Below are positions 37,181-49,878 of a stretch of 64,000 bases of DNA, in pieces. Below the pieces are notes generated by a model. That model was not told the origin of the DNA and did no database searches. It saw only the letters and a program-made list of their open reading frames with translations. Position 1 is the first letter of the stretch. Each line of letters opens with the position of its first letter. Source of the DNA: Squalus acanthias (taxonomy: Eukaryota); contig CM059432.1 of NCBI GenBank assembly GCA_030390025.1, forward strand, positions 145,702,001 through 145,766,000. The letters are read 5' to 3'. The translations under genes and the position numbers were made by a program.

Positions 37181-38072
37181 TAGAGATAGTGGATGCATTG
37201 GCTTTGATCTTCCAGAATTCCTTTGATTCTAGAATAGTCTCCATGGATTAGAAGGTAGTAAATGTAATCCCGCTATTCAAGAAAGGATGGAGAGAGAAAA
37301 CATAGGACTATAGGCCAGTTAGCCTGACATCAGTAGCAGGGAAAATGCTAGAATGTATTAGGGAAGAGAAAACATGACACTTAGAAAATCGTATGATTAG
37401 GCAGTCAACACGGATTTATGAAAGGGAAATCATGTTTGACAAATCTGTTAAGAATTTTTTTTGTGGTTGTAGCTCGCAGGGTGGCTAGAGGGGGAACCAG
37501 TGGATGTGGTGCATTAGGATTCTCAAAGCATTCAATAAGGTGCCACACAAGGTTATTACACAAAATTAGGGCTCATGGGATTGGGGGTAATAGATCAGCA
37601 TGGATTGAGGATTGGTTAAGGGACAGAAAACAGTCAGCATAAGTGGGTCATTTTTGGGTCGGCAGGCTGCAACTAGCGGGATACCGCAAGGATCAGTGCT
37701 TGGGCCTCAGCTATTCACAATCTAGATCAATGACTTAGATGAAAGGACCAAGTGTAATGTATCCAAGTTTACTGTTGATAAAGTTAGGTGGGAAAGTAAG
37801 CTGCGAAGAGGACGCAAGGAGGCTGCAAAAGGATTTAGACAGGTTAAATGATTGGGCAAGAGGCAGATAGAGTAGAATGGAGAAATGTGAAGTTATCCAC
37901 TTTGGTAGGAAAAATAGAAAAGCAGAATATTTTTAAATGTTGAGATTGGGACTTGTTGGTATTCAGAGGCACCTGGGTGTCCTTGTACATGAATCACAGT
38001 TAACACACAGGTACAGCAAACAATTAGGAAAGCAAATAGTATGTTAGCCTTTATTACAAAGGGATTGGAGTA

Positions 38073-39142
38073 ATAAGAACATAAGAAATAGGAGCAGGTG
38101 TAGGCCAGTTGGCCTTTCCAGCCTGTTCCACCATTCAATGAGATCATGGCTGATCTTCTGCCTCAACTCCATTCACCGGCCCTATCGCCATATCCCTTGA
38201 TGCCCTTACTAGTCAGAAATCTATCGACTTCTGTTTTGAATATACCCAATGACTGAGCCTCCACAGCCCTCTGGGATAGAGAATTCCAAAGATTCACCAC
38301 CCTCTGAAGAAATGTCTTCTCATCGCAGTCCTGAATGGCCTACCCTTCATCCTGAGGCTGTGGCCCCTGGTTCTAGACTCCCCAGCCAAGGGAAACATTC
38401 TCCCAGCATCCACCCTATAATAATTTTGTATGCTTCAATGAGATCCCCTCTCATTCTTCTGAATTCAAGAGAATACAGGCCTAGTTTACTCAATCTCTTC
38501 TCATACGACAGTCCCGCCATCCCAGGAATCAATCTCGTGAACCTTCGTTGCACTCCTTCTATGGCAAGTATATCCTTCCTTAGGTAAAGAGACCAAAATT
38601 GTACACAGTACTCCAGGTGTGGTCTCACCAAGGCCCTATATAATTGGAGTAAGACTTCTTTACTCCTGTACTCAAATCCTCTTGTAATGAAGGCCAGCAT
38701 ACCATTTGCCTTCCTAATGGCTTGCTGCACCTGCACATTCACTTTCAGTGACTCATGTACAAGGACACCCAGGTTCCTTTGAGCATCTGCATTCCCCAAT
38801 CTTTCACCATTTAGGAAATACGCTGCCTTTCTGTTTTTTCTACCAAAGTGGATAACTTCACATTTATCCACATTATATTCCATCTGCCATGTTCTTGCCC
38901 ACTCACTGAGCCGGTCGCGATCCCCTTGAAGCCTCTTCACATCCTCTTTGCAACTGACACTGCCACCTAGCTTTGTATCATCAGCAAATTTGGAAATGTT
39001 ACATTTAGTCCCCTTATCCAAATCATTGATATAAATTGTGAATAGCTGGAGCCCAAGCACCGATCCTTGCGGTACCCCACTAGTCATAACCTGCCATCCT
39101 GAAAAAGACCAGTTTATCCCTACTCTTTGTTTTCTGTCTGTT
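38073..39142 (-). mobile_element. 5'-truncated CR1 LINE
   Basis: ORF 38347-39171 is an RT C-terminus; tail ATAAGAACATAAG. Confidence 0.85.
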
Positions 39143-41383
39143 AGTACAAGAGTAAAGAAGTCTTGCTGCAATTATATAGGGCCCTGGTAAGACCACACCT
39201 GGAGTACGGTGTACAGTTTTGGTCTTCATACCAAAGGAAGGATATACTTGCCTTAGAGGGAGTGCAACATAGGTTTACTAGACTGGTTCCTAGAATGGGG
39301 GGGGGGGGGGGTGGGGGGGATTGTCCTACAAGGAGCGATTGAGTAGACTAGGCCTACATTCTCTAGAATTTAGAAGAATGAGGTGTGATCTCATTGAAAC
39401 ATGTAAAAATTCTCAAGGGGCTCGACAGGGTTGATGCTGGGAGGATGATGCCCCTGGCTGGGAAGTCTAGAACAAGGGGTCGGCTGTTTAGGGCTGAGAG
39501 GAGGGAGAAATGTCTTCACTCAAAGGGTTGTGAATCTATAGCATTCTCTACCCCAGAGAGCTGTGGATGCTCAGTCGTTGAGTATATTAAAGACAGAAAT
39601 CAATCGATTTTTGGATACTAAGGGAATCAAAAGATGTGGATAGTGCAGGAAAGTGGTTCAGATAGAAGATCAGCCATGATCTTATTGAATGGCCAAATGA
39701 CCTTTTTGCTTTCAGGATGCCATTTTGGCAAAGGAGTTGAAGCATGTACTAGGAACAGCCACCCAGAGGATTAAGGGGCTGACTGACAATTAAATTGCCC
39801 GGTAGTGTTCATTAAAGAGGCTGCACAGCATTTTGGTGGCTAGCGCTTGACCCAACGCCTTCTCTCAACTGCAACCAGCCGATTGGGAGCAAACAAGTTG
39901 TTGGAGGATATTGAGCTCCACTTAAAAAAAAAAAGGTACATCACCTTTTACTGTTCACTTGCTGCTGGAGTTTTGAAGAGGACTTTTGAAACATATTGGG
40001 AGACTTTCTGGGACACTGTCAAACTTAACATTTATTCTGGAAATGCTGAGGACTTCACCTTAAAAAAAGTGCTGTGCTACTCTACCTTATAGGAATCACC
40101 AGGAGAAAGGGAGTGCTTGGTCATCAGCATCTTGCTAGGGGTCCCCCTTGGTCTGCAGGAGGAAGACACAAGGCCAGGCAGAGCAGCACTAGCTGCTGCA
40201 GGAGAAAGATGGACTCCTTCCCCCGTGGGTACAGGACATCCCTCCTCCTCTAGGACTATGGCCGAGAACCTGTCCGCCCTCTCGCTCTGTCCCTTAGCCA
40301 TCCTGAAATGTGCCGCTGAGAGTCGGCCAACGCACTCCACACCTTCACAAAAATGGCATGGAATCTGCACTCAAGTGCTAAACCTGCAGGTGTCTGCTTT
40401 AGTACCTCCAGGCAAATTTAAATTGTGGTAGTCAGAAATTGGGACCAAAATTGTGCGCTAGAACCAGACCTTCAAACAGGCATGTCTTATTAGCACAGCA
40501 CCCATTTTCACCAAAATAAACCCAAGGCTTTAGATTTCGCTCAACCTTTGGTGGTCGTGCCTTCTGTTGTCTTGGCCCGAAGCTCTGGAATTCCCTCCCT
40601 AAACCTCTCCGCCTCTCTTTCCACCTTTAAGACGCTTCTTAAAACCTACCTCTTTGACCAAGCTTTTGGTCACCTGCCCTAATTTATCCTTGTGGCTCGC
40701 TATCAAATTTGTTGTCTTAAAATACTCCTGTGCAGCACCTTGGGACATTTTACTACATTAAAAGGCACTATATAAATAAAAGTTGTTGTTGAACCCATAT
40801 ACTTAAAAACAAGAATCTCTTAAAAATAACGAGTCAAAAAAAAATTATGCTTGCCAATTCAGTTAGGTGGCTATATGACATTATAGCGCAGTGCAAGACA
40901 CCACATGGGTGGCCTGAAAAGCAGTGTGAAGTTAATGCAATTTCACTGTACAACCTTCCGATGCTTTTCAAAATATCTTTATCTTTTTCCTGCTGCCAGC
41001 AATGCTCCTACTCCACTTATTGTACCAATCTCTGCTTGCATTTTCCCAGAATTTCAAGTTAGGTCAGGATTGCAAGGGGAGGAGAAAAGAGAGAGAGCAA
41101 GAGCACTACACCAGCAGCTCCTGGAGCTGAAAAGTGCGATTAGCTTTTAAAAAAAAAAAAACTAGTGTTGCATTTGCACTTCTAAATAAACCTTCCAGAA
41201 TTAATTTGATATAAAAGCAGCTTAAAAGTATGCAAGACATTAGAGGTCAGAAGAGAGTGCGGTTTATTTTTATTTTTTTAAAGTGATAACCCTTTCAAAT
41301 TGTTGGGGCATCATTTGAATCCTCAAAAGCTGCATTGCATATCTAAAAAAGTTCCCATTTCATTTTAGAGTCTTGACACATAC

Positions 41384-41398
41384 CTGGAGCAGCTTTAG
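41384..41398 (-). CDS. buc: Candidate 15-nt buc microexon
   Basis: TTCTGATTATAG|CTAAAGCTGCTCCAG|GTATGT; phase 1-1; encodes (A)KAAP. Confidence 0.45.
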
Positions 41399-41524
41399 CT
41401 ATAATCAGAACTTTTAATGTTGAATAATGAACAGTGTAGAACTGACTAAAGACCCATTAATGGATTTTCATATAATGCCTAAAATAAGTCCAGTTATGTA
41501 TTAAAAATGTGAGCATGCTCTTAC

Positions 41525-41620
41525 CATGTTCTGCATCATCAAGTGACTGAGTAGCTGACTTGGGCTTTGCACCAACTTTATTCCAGTATTCATCCACAGA
41601 CTCTTCACTTTCATTTTGCA
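41525..41620 (-). CDS. buc: buc homologue, predicted internal exon (96 nt)
   Basis: T-rich acceptor ...GGAAAG|, (V)QNESEESVDEYWNKVGAKPKSATQSLDDAEH, donor G|GTAAGA, phase 1-1; DEY..GAKPK resembles my recollection of Velo1. Confidence 0.72.
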
Positions 41621-44359
41621 CTTTCCACCAAAACAAAAAAGACACAGGTTAATGAATCAGTATTGAAAATATCTATAAAGCTACACAATCTTTAAATAAA
41701 AAGGAGCCAATTATTCCCCATTGATTTTTGGACCTTGGAGGAAATAGGGATTTTGCAACCAGCTTCCAATCTATAGGAGGGACAAAACTTCGAGAATGTA
41801 GACAAGAGGGTCCACTTTCGAAGAACCTATTGTCTTTTACATGGTGTAATGTTCCTCTCCTTTGGTGTATCCTCAGACTTGCTATCTGTTAGTTGTATGT
41901 AAATTCTACTTTATGTAACTCATTCAAGACGGTGTCCAACTATAGTAATTCACAGTTCATCTTTACATAGCCATGCTCTCATGATTAAAGCATAGCAAAA
42001 CATTTTTAAAGAATGTTTCAGTCTCAAGTCTGCAATCCAACAAGCTTAAATACATATACACATACAAACTCAGCAAATGCATGAGTCACATCAATTTTAA
42101 CAATATTTCTGCAGCAATGAAAATTAGATGAAATTCGAGCTTGCTCACTTGAAAATGCTCCAGAAATACAGATTTGCTCAGCAGCAGTAAACTGGACTGA
42201 AATATATTGTGGTGAAAGGGTTCTATAATTCAAGTATTTAAGGATTAGAGGTTTAAAAAAAAGTGTTGGCCAAAACCCCAGAAATCTTTGTTCCTGAAGT
42301 AAATCTAACTATAGGTTCATTGAAAATCATGCTGATGGGATTACGAGGTTAGGTCACCACTTAGAATATACAAGTGTTCTTGCTGATTTTTGGTTGTTGC
42401 CATCATGATGGTAGACTGGCAGTGAAAGAAATGAGTGGGAGCTCAAAAGTTCAAAGGTTATGCCTGTAGACAAGGAAGAAAACTGAAGATAGACAAGAAG
42501 GTTGGAGTGGTGGAATGAAAGTCTCCATATAATTCCTAGATAGCTCTCAGTATTATGGGGCCAGTGAAGTGCTACGAAAGGAAGTGCTGGGTTGCTCAAG
42601 GTTATTGATGATAAGTGCAGCAGGAGCTGCTCATAGATATATGAAGAGATGAAGGTTATGAGGCTAGTGTTAAGTCAATAGTTCTATATGGTACTGAGTG
42701 CTGGACCAGGGCAAGAGGCACAGAATTAGAGGCTGAATGTGTCAAAACACCATGCATCCTCTTATGTACAGTGCAACAGCTGGAAGAAGAGTCCAAATAC
42801 TGAAATAAGCGAGAAGGAATGGCATGTGCGCAGTTAAAGTTACCGCAAGAAGACTGTGACTGCAAGATGTGTGCTGCTCAAAAATAAGTACTTTTAGGAG
42901 GCAATAGAGTGGTTCCAGGCAATAGAATGGGGTCCTAGGCATACAACTATAGCACAGAAACAGGCTGGTTCAGCCCAAACAGTCCATGTTGGTGTTTTAT
43001 CCTCCACACCAGTAGTCCTAATCCCATGTTTCTCTATCTTGCTTTCCATGATGTCCGGAGTGGAGGTTGTAAGCTCATGTACAGAACTCTTGAAAGCTTT
43101 GTGACCTGGCAGAGAAGTGAGTGTACAATAACAACATGGGGGCATTTGAGGTCATTTTGATTTTGGACAATAGCAATGCTCATCACCAAATAAAGTGAAA
43201 TTTCAGGTTGAGGATAAAGTAAAGTACCTTCCCACTGAAGATATTTGGCCTCTCTTGGATACTATAAGCATCACTACAATGTATTTGATACCTGTGAGGA
43301 TAAGGATGGAGGCTGCAGGGAGGTGGCCAGAATGCTAACCATGGGGCAGGAGGCAGACCAGAGGTTTTGGTGGGGGGGAGGAGGAGCAGAATGTAAAGGT
43401 TGTAGTCATAGGGGATTTGATAATTAATTAGGGGGACAGACAACGTCCTCAGAGGTCACGACCGAGAGTTCAGGAGGGTGCGTGCCTACGTGGTGCAAAG
43501 TTAAATGATATCTCGGTAACGGGAGGGGAACTTGGAAAGGGAGGAGAAGATACAGTTGTCATGGTCCATGTTGGACCAATGACAGCATAAAAGGGAGAAG
43601 CACCTGCTAAGGGAATATCAGAAGTTAGGGACTAAATTAAAATACATGATTTCACGGGTGGTAAACATGGGATTACTATCCGATCCACGTGCTAATTGGC
43701 ATAGGTAGATCAGGAAGGTGAACGAGTGGCTGAAAGATTGGTGTGGGGGTTTCATTTCATGGGACACTAGCACTAGTACTGGGACAGGAAGGAGCTGTAC
43801 TGTCGGGACAGGCTCCACCTGAACTAGTCCTCGCAAAAGGGCTGTATAAAGAATCTTAAAATTAATTGGGGGAGGGAGGGGTTGGAAATAATAGTAACCT
43901 AAAGATGAAAGCAAAAAGGGAGACAAGTTCAAATGTCAGTCAAAAGCTATAATATACACTCCAGGAACAGAAAAGATTATTAGGAAGTAATGCATGTTAT
44001 AACTAAAACATTAAATTGCCTGTTGTGCCAATTAGATCATGGCTGATCTGTACCCCAACTCCATTTACTGGCCTTTGTTCCACATCTTGGATACTCAGAT
44101 CCAACAGAAATCTATTGATAATCAAACTTGAAAATTTTCAAATGACTCAGCATTTGGGGGGGGGGGGGGGGGGGGGGTGTAAAGAGAATTCCAGATTTCC
44201 ACTATCCTTTGATGAAAAGTGTTTCCTGATTCACTCTGGAATGTCAGAAACGGATGAGGTTTCACTGTACAAAGCATGACATCAGTTAGTGAGTTACTTT
44301 CTTGACCGCAGGTTTATAGTGAGGAAGCTTCCCTAAAATAACCATAAAAGGAATATCTG

Positions 44360-45385
44360 ATACATATTAATGAGCTGGATTTGGGTATACAGGACAAGGG
44401 CATCATTTCAAAGTTTGCGGACGCCACAAAACTCAATGTAGTAAACGAGGATAGTAACAGACTTCAGAACAACAGACAGACAGGTAAAATGGACAGACAC
44501 ATGGCAAATGAAGTTTAACGCAGAGAAGTGTGAAGTGATTCATTTTGGTAGGAAGAATGAGGAGAGTTAATATAAACTAAATGATAAAGGGGGTGCAGGA
44601 AGAGAGACCTGGGGGTGTATATACACAAATCTTTGAAGGTGGCAGGACAAGTTAAGAAGGCTGTTTCAAAAAAAACATATGGGATCCTTGGCTTTATTAA
44701 TAGAATTGAGAGGTCGCACAACACCAGGTTATAGTCCAACAGTTTTATTTGAAATCACAAGCTTTATTAATAGAGGCAGAGAGTACACAAGGAAGTTACA
44801 CTAAACTTTTATAAAACACTAGTTTAGGCTTCAGCTGGAGTATTGTGCTCAATTCTGGGCACCACACTAGGATGTCAAGGCCTTGGAGGGTACATTAGAG
44901 ATTTGCTAGAATGGTACCAAAGATGAGGGACTTCAGTTATGGAGAAAGACTGGAGAAGCTGGGGTTGCTCTACAGCAGAGAAGGTTTGTTCTCCTGGAGC
45001 AGAGAAGCTTAAGGAGATTTGAGGTGTTCAAAATCATGAATGGTTTGTGATAGAGTAAATAAAGGAGAAACTGTTTCCAGTGGCAGAAGGGTTGGGGACC
45101 AGAAGGCACAGATTTAAGGTAATTGGCAAAAGAACCAGGAGATGACAGGAGGAAACGTTTAATTAAACACCGAGTTGTTGTGATCTGGAATGCACTGATG
45201 AAAGGGCGGTGGAAGCAGATTCAGTAACTGTCAAAAGGGAATTGGAGAAATACTTGAAGGGAAAAAAATTGTAGGGCAATGGGAATGAGCAGGAGGGGAG
45301 TGGGACTAATTGGAGCGCTCTACCAAAGAGCCGGCACAGGCACCATGAGCCGAATGGCCTCTTTCTGTACTTTATCATTCTATGA
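44360..45385 (+). mobile_element. Degraded CR1 LINE 3' part
   Basis: RT C-terminal remnants and a CR1 3'UTR; carries a 56-bp Penelope-derived insert at 44705-44760. Confidence 0.75.
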
Positions 45386-45522
45386 AATATCTAAAACTGC
45401 TTAATCCAACTTCTTCTTTCCAGCAAATGGAAGCCGGGTTCCATTGTGCTAGGTCAGTGATTACGCTATTGTCCAATACAATGTTACATAAAATACATTA
45501 CAATGATGAATGGAACCCTTAC

Positions 45523-47445
45523 CACTCATCGCCTTTCGTGTACATTTTCGCCTCTTTTCCTCCTCTTTGCGTTTTCGTTCTGGTTTTGCGGTTTGCCCCG
45601 ACTTCTGGCGCTCGCTGTGTTCATTTCCCACCCTATTTTGCTCTCGTTGGTTAACGGTATACTTCGCCACGTCCAGCCCCTTCTTCTTCCCCCTCGGCTT
45701 TTCTTGTTGCGGCCGATTGGCGATCGGGAGCGCGGAGATTTTTGATGGTCTACGAACTATTTTCTTCCGAGAAGATCCATCCACCTTCACTTTTTCCAAG
45801 ACCCCGGCCCTGGAATGACTGTCCTGATCTTCTGAAGCCTGTTCGGAATCCGAGGAATATCTTGTTTTCTTCTTGTTTTTGTTGGAACTGCAGGAAGAGA
45901 TCCTGCGATATTTTCGCCGCCCAGCGGGCGCCGAATTCCCACAAATTAACTGATCTTTTCTCAAATAGTCTCCCTCAGAAAGGGCGTCGCTATCAACATC
46001 CCGATTAGGCGAGTGATTTCTACAGACATCATGTTTTTCGCTCTTGGCTTTTAAAAGCAGAGTTTCTTTTTGACAGGCACTGCAAAATATCTTCTCTCTC
46101 TCGGGAACATGTTGATTCTCCAAACTTTTGCTGCCAATTTGAGGATTGGAGGCAGAGCGCTCCTGGCGGCAGGGCGGAGGATGAGGATTGCACATCAAGT
46201 GAGAGTAGGACACCTGGTTTCTTGCAGGCATGGCATCAAAGAAGTCAAAAGACGATTCCTCATCCTTAGAAGACATTTCCTCAAAAGAGCCATCGAGGAC
46301 TCTTGGTCGATCTCGCATGGCTTGAGGAAGACCATTTTTCCAGCGATAGCTTCGCGCTTGGTTCTGTAACCAGGCCAGCACACTGGCAGACGGCACGTAT
46401 TCTTCAACAGACTCGAGAGAAGCATCACTTTTTAATACTTCACACATTTTCTCTTCATGTAATGACTCTAGTGAAATAACTGGGTGGTCATTTTCTTTGT
46501 TCCTGGTTTCATGCTTCTCTTCAATTCCATTTTTGTGAACGAGCTCATTCGGGCTGCTTGACCCTGAAGGTTTCTCCGACACCTCATGTAGGATTTCCTG
46601 TGTTGGAAGCTTGCGGCTCTCATTGGTTTTACCTGGCAAGGTGTCCACTTTGCCAGGCGTGGCTGCGCAGCACGGCACCGGGTCGCCTTTTGCTCCAGAG
46701 TCACGTCCTCTTTCTGGACACTGGTTGGAATCCAGCTGCATCTCTGGTGGAGTGGCTGAAATTGTACATTCTTTAGGAACATCAGTTTTCGGAATCATTT
46801 TGTCTGCCTCGAACGAACCATAAAAGGGCACTCCACCCTCACAGGCACTCACAGACCACACTTCGCATGGAATACGATCTGCTGCCTTATTATTATTAGG
46901 TGTAGGGTTATATATGGGAACTGTGGCTTCAAATGATCTCCATACATTTATAGAAGGTGCTCCTTCATTACACTCAATTCTTATCTTTTCCTTTTGGAAT
47001 GCGTAGCCACCTGGCTTGGCGCTTTTAGCGGGCACTGTAGCACTGGTTTCTTCCGTCTCATTTGGTTCATCTCGAATTCCTTTGTGTAAAAGTCTTTCTT
47101 GGGCAAGTACATCTGCACTGCCGGAAGCAGATGCAATACCGGAAGACTTTTGGACTCTCATCTCGGCCGTTTGCTTACTACACGCCACAGTTTCAGTAAC
47201 CACGTTGTCCCTTTTAGTGTGGCCTGGATAGGTCTCGTTGGTGTCTGTCTGTACTTCTGTATTAGTTACATTTCTTCGAAAGGGATAGTGTCGGAATCGG
47301 GTAGAATGATAAAATGTTGGGCGAGCGACAAAAGAAGAATTAAAATATGGTCTTCTATAGTTTGTGTGGGTCATTGGTGACTGTGGGCCATAGCTTCTTG
47401 GATATGGCATAGGACACACTGGATAATATAAACCGCCACCTAATT
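45523..47445 (-). CDS. buc: bucky ball/Velo1 homologue, large coding exon (1923 nt)
   Basis: Acceptor CTTCCTTCCTGTTAG|, donor G|GTAAGG; BUVE-type motif YRRPYFN...PTFYHSTRFRHY...TEVQTD, plus GYAFQKEKIRIE...INVWRSFEATVPIY, EEYVPSAS.LA and a Lys/Arg-rich region, as recalled for Xenopus Velo1 and zebrafish Buc. Confidence 0.9.
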
Positions 47446-47689
47446 CTAACAGGAAGGAAGACACTCGTCAGTAGTGTGCATACAACAATCTAGCCTTTAG
47501 TACGGCCCAAAACAAAGACTTATATAAAAAAACTAGTTCATAAAAGTAAACAGTAACACCACAAAAGCAAATAAGGGAAGTATCTTGGGAGAAAAGAATC
47601 TCAATCCAGGATAAGTAAACACTAGATTAACTTGGGAAAGTTTGGATCATAGCAACTATTTCCCTTCCATTCCATATTGGCCAATATGG

Positions 47690-49030
47690 AGAGCTTCCAA
47701 TTTCCACCCTTCCCTCACCTTCACATGGTCCATCTCCGACCCTTCCCAGAGATGGAGATGGAGAAGTCGAGGAAGGGAAGGGAATAGGTTATTGACAAAC
47801 ATCCACTACAAGCCCACTGACTCCCACAGCTACCTGGATTACACTTCCTCCCACCCCGCTTCCTGTAAGGACTCTATTCCATTCTCCCAGTTTCTCCGTC
47901 TCCGCCGCATCTGCTCTGATGATGCCACCTTCCATACCAGTGCTTCCGACATGTCTTCCTTTTTCCTCAACCGAGGATTCCCCTCTACTGTGGTTGACAT
48001 GGCCCTTGACCGTGTCCATTCCATCTCCCACACTTCTGCCCTCACCCCTGCCCCTCCCGGAACCACAATAGAGTTCCCCTTGTCCTCACTTTTCACCCCA
48101 CCAGCCTCCACATTCAACGGATCATCCTCCACCATCTCCGGCATGATCCCACCACCAAACACATCTTCCCTTCACCTCCCCTTTCAGCATTCCGAAGGGA
48201 CACCCTGGTCCACTCCTTTATCACCCCCAACACCCCTTCGCCTGGCACCTTCCCATGCCCTTGTACCTCCCCCCTTCCCACTGTCCAGGGCCCCAAACAC
48301 CCCTTCCAGGTGAAACAGCAATTTACTTGTACTTCTTGCAATTTAGTATACTGTATTCGCTGCTCACGATGCAGTCTCCTCTACATTGGGGAGACCAAAC
48401 GCAGATTGGGTGACCGCTTTGCCGAACACCTCCGTTACGTTTGTAAGGGGGACCCCGAGCTTCCGGTCGCCTGTCACTTTAATTCTCCGCTCCACTCCCA
48501 CTCAGACCTCACCGTCCTCGACCTCTTGCATTGTTCCACGAAAGCTCAGCCCAAGCTCGAGGAACAGCACCTCATCTTTCGATTAGGCACTTTACAGCCT
48601 TCTGGACTCAACAATCGAGTTCAACAATTTCAGATCATAACCTCGGCTCCTATCATATATATATTTTTTAGCCACACTGTCTTTTTTTCTTCTCTCCCAC
48701 ATGGCAGCTGTCTTTCATTCTGCCAGCACAATTTACACTTCATCTCGAGCCATCCTTTGTTTCTTAACCTGTCCCATTACCTTCTCCTTTTGCCTTGAAT
48801 ATCTCTTAATGTCTCTTAATCTCTCCTCGCCTTCTATCCGATCACAGACCTTCCCTTTTGTTCTTTCAGCCCCTCCCCCCTTTTCCAGCCCCTACACTTG
48901 CTTAAAAATTTGTTCCATTTCCTGCTTTTTTCCAGTTCTGACGAAAGGTCATCGACCTGAAACGTTAACTCTGTTTCTCTCTTCACAGATGCTGCCTGAC
49001 CTGCTGAGTGTCTCCAGCATTTTCTGTTTT
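47690..49030 (+). mobile_element. Penelope-like retroelement (RT C-terminus and GIY-YIG endonuclease)
   Basis: YKPTDSHSYLDYTSSHP...IPFSQFLRLRRICS and NLVYCIRC..C.LLYIGETKRRL..RF.EH; lies in a buc intron. Confidence 0.9.
48934..48970 (+). ncRNA. Minimal type I hammerhead ribozyme motif in the Penelope 3' end
   Basis: AGTT-CTGACGA-A-AGGTC atc GACCT-GAAA-CGTT-AACT: stem I, core, stem II, core, palindromic stem III. Confidence 0.7.
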
Positions 49031-49878
49031 TTTTGGAGAGCAGGCGGCAGCTTCCTGCCTTGCGTGGATCCAGTATGTCGATCACACCACATTAAAGACC
49101 CGAGTTTTGAAAGCTCTTGCGAACAGATTTTAAAAATATGAGAAATTACAGTTGACAACGGCTTTAAGAGGGACGGAAACATTCATGCTAGAAAAGCCTA
49201 GAGATGCACCGGTATTCAGGAGCAGCAGAACTCTTGGGAATCGATTTTCGCAGCAAATTTGGAAAGGGAGGAGCTGTCAGATTGGTGGCTTTTTGATGTG
49301 CATCACAAACACCATAGCAGATCAGCACAGTGCTTGCCACAAAAGTCTGGGAAGTTCTTCTCCCTTGCTGCTGAGGAAAGCAAGTGCCTCTGCAAAAAAG
49401 AGAGAAAGTTTAAAAATTAAACCTCCTCCCCTCAAAAGGCAGCCGCTCACATTGGGGGACCAGTCCACGTGCATACACAGCACACTTGGCTCTTCATTGG
49501 AGCGATTGTTCAAAGCGGGCGGGGCATTTTGCAGGCTGTTCGAGCCATGAGAGCATCGACACAAACAACTAGAGCCCAGGATAGCAATTAGGCGATTCCC
49601 CCAGCGTGTCTCCCCCCCCACCCACCGCACGAGTAGTCCAGCTGACATCTGGAACACTGGTGAACGAGCGCGCTGGGCCACTCATTCACCCATCGGAGTT
49701 ATCTATTGATAAATTAGAAGACGCTGTTTAAATTGCCAAACTTAAAACTAAAGACATAAACCAGGCGACCTGCAACATCATAAAAAAAGTGAAAATCCGT
49801 AAGTAAGATGCGCCTCAGAAGCAACCACTAACCGCTTGGTGCTTCTGTGACTGTCTAGAGAATGGCCTGGCCGCTTAC

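Larger units (their letters stand above)
33200..39700 (+). mobile_element. CR1 LINE split by nested RTE and antisense CR1 insertions
   Basis: Collinear CR1 ORF2 pieces at about 33200-33950, 37180-38070 and 39143-39700. Confidence 0.75.

Noticed and set aside
39800..40540. ORFs 40077-40431 as extra buc exons
   Set aside because: No convincing phase-compatible splice sites; looks like a decayed DNA-transposon remnant.
45461..47464. Single-exon 667-aa protein as given by the ORF track
   Set aside because: The start is a non-ATG codon within the acceptor tract; splice sites show it is an internal exon.
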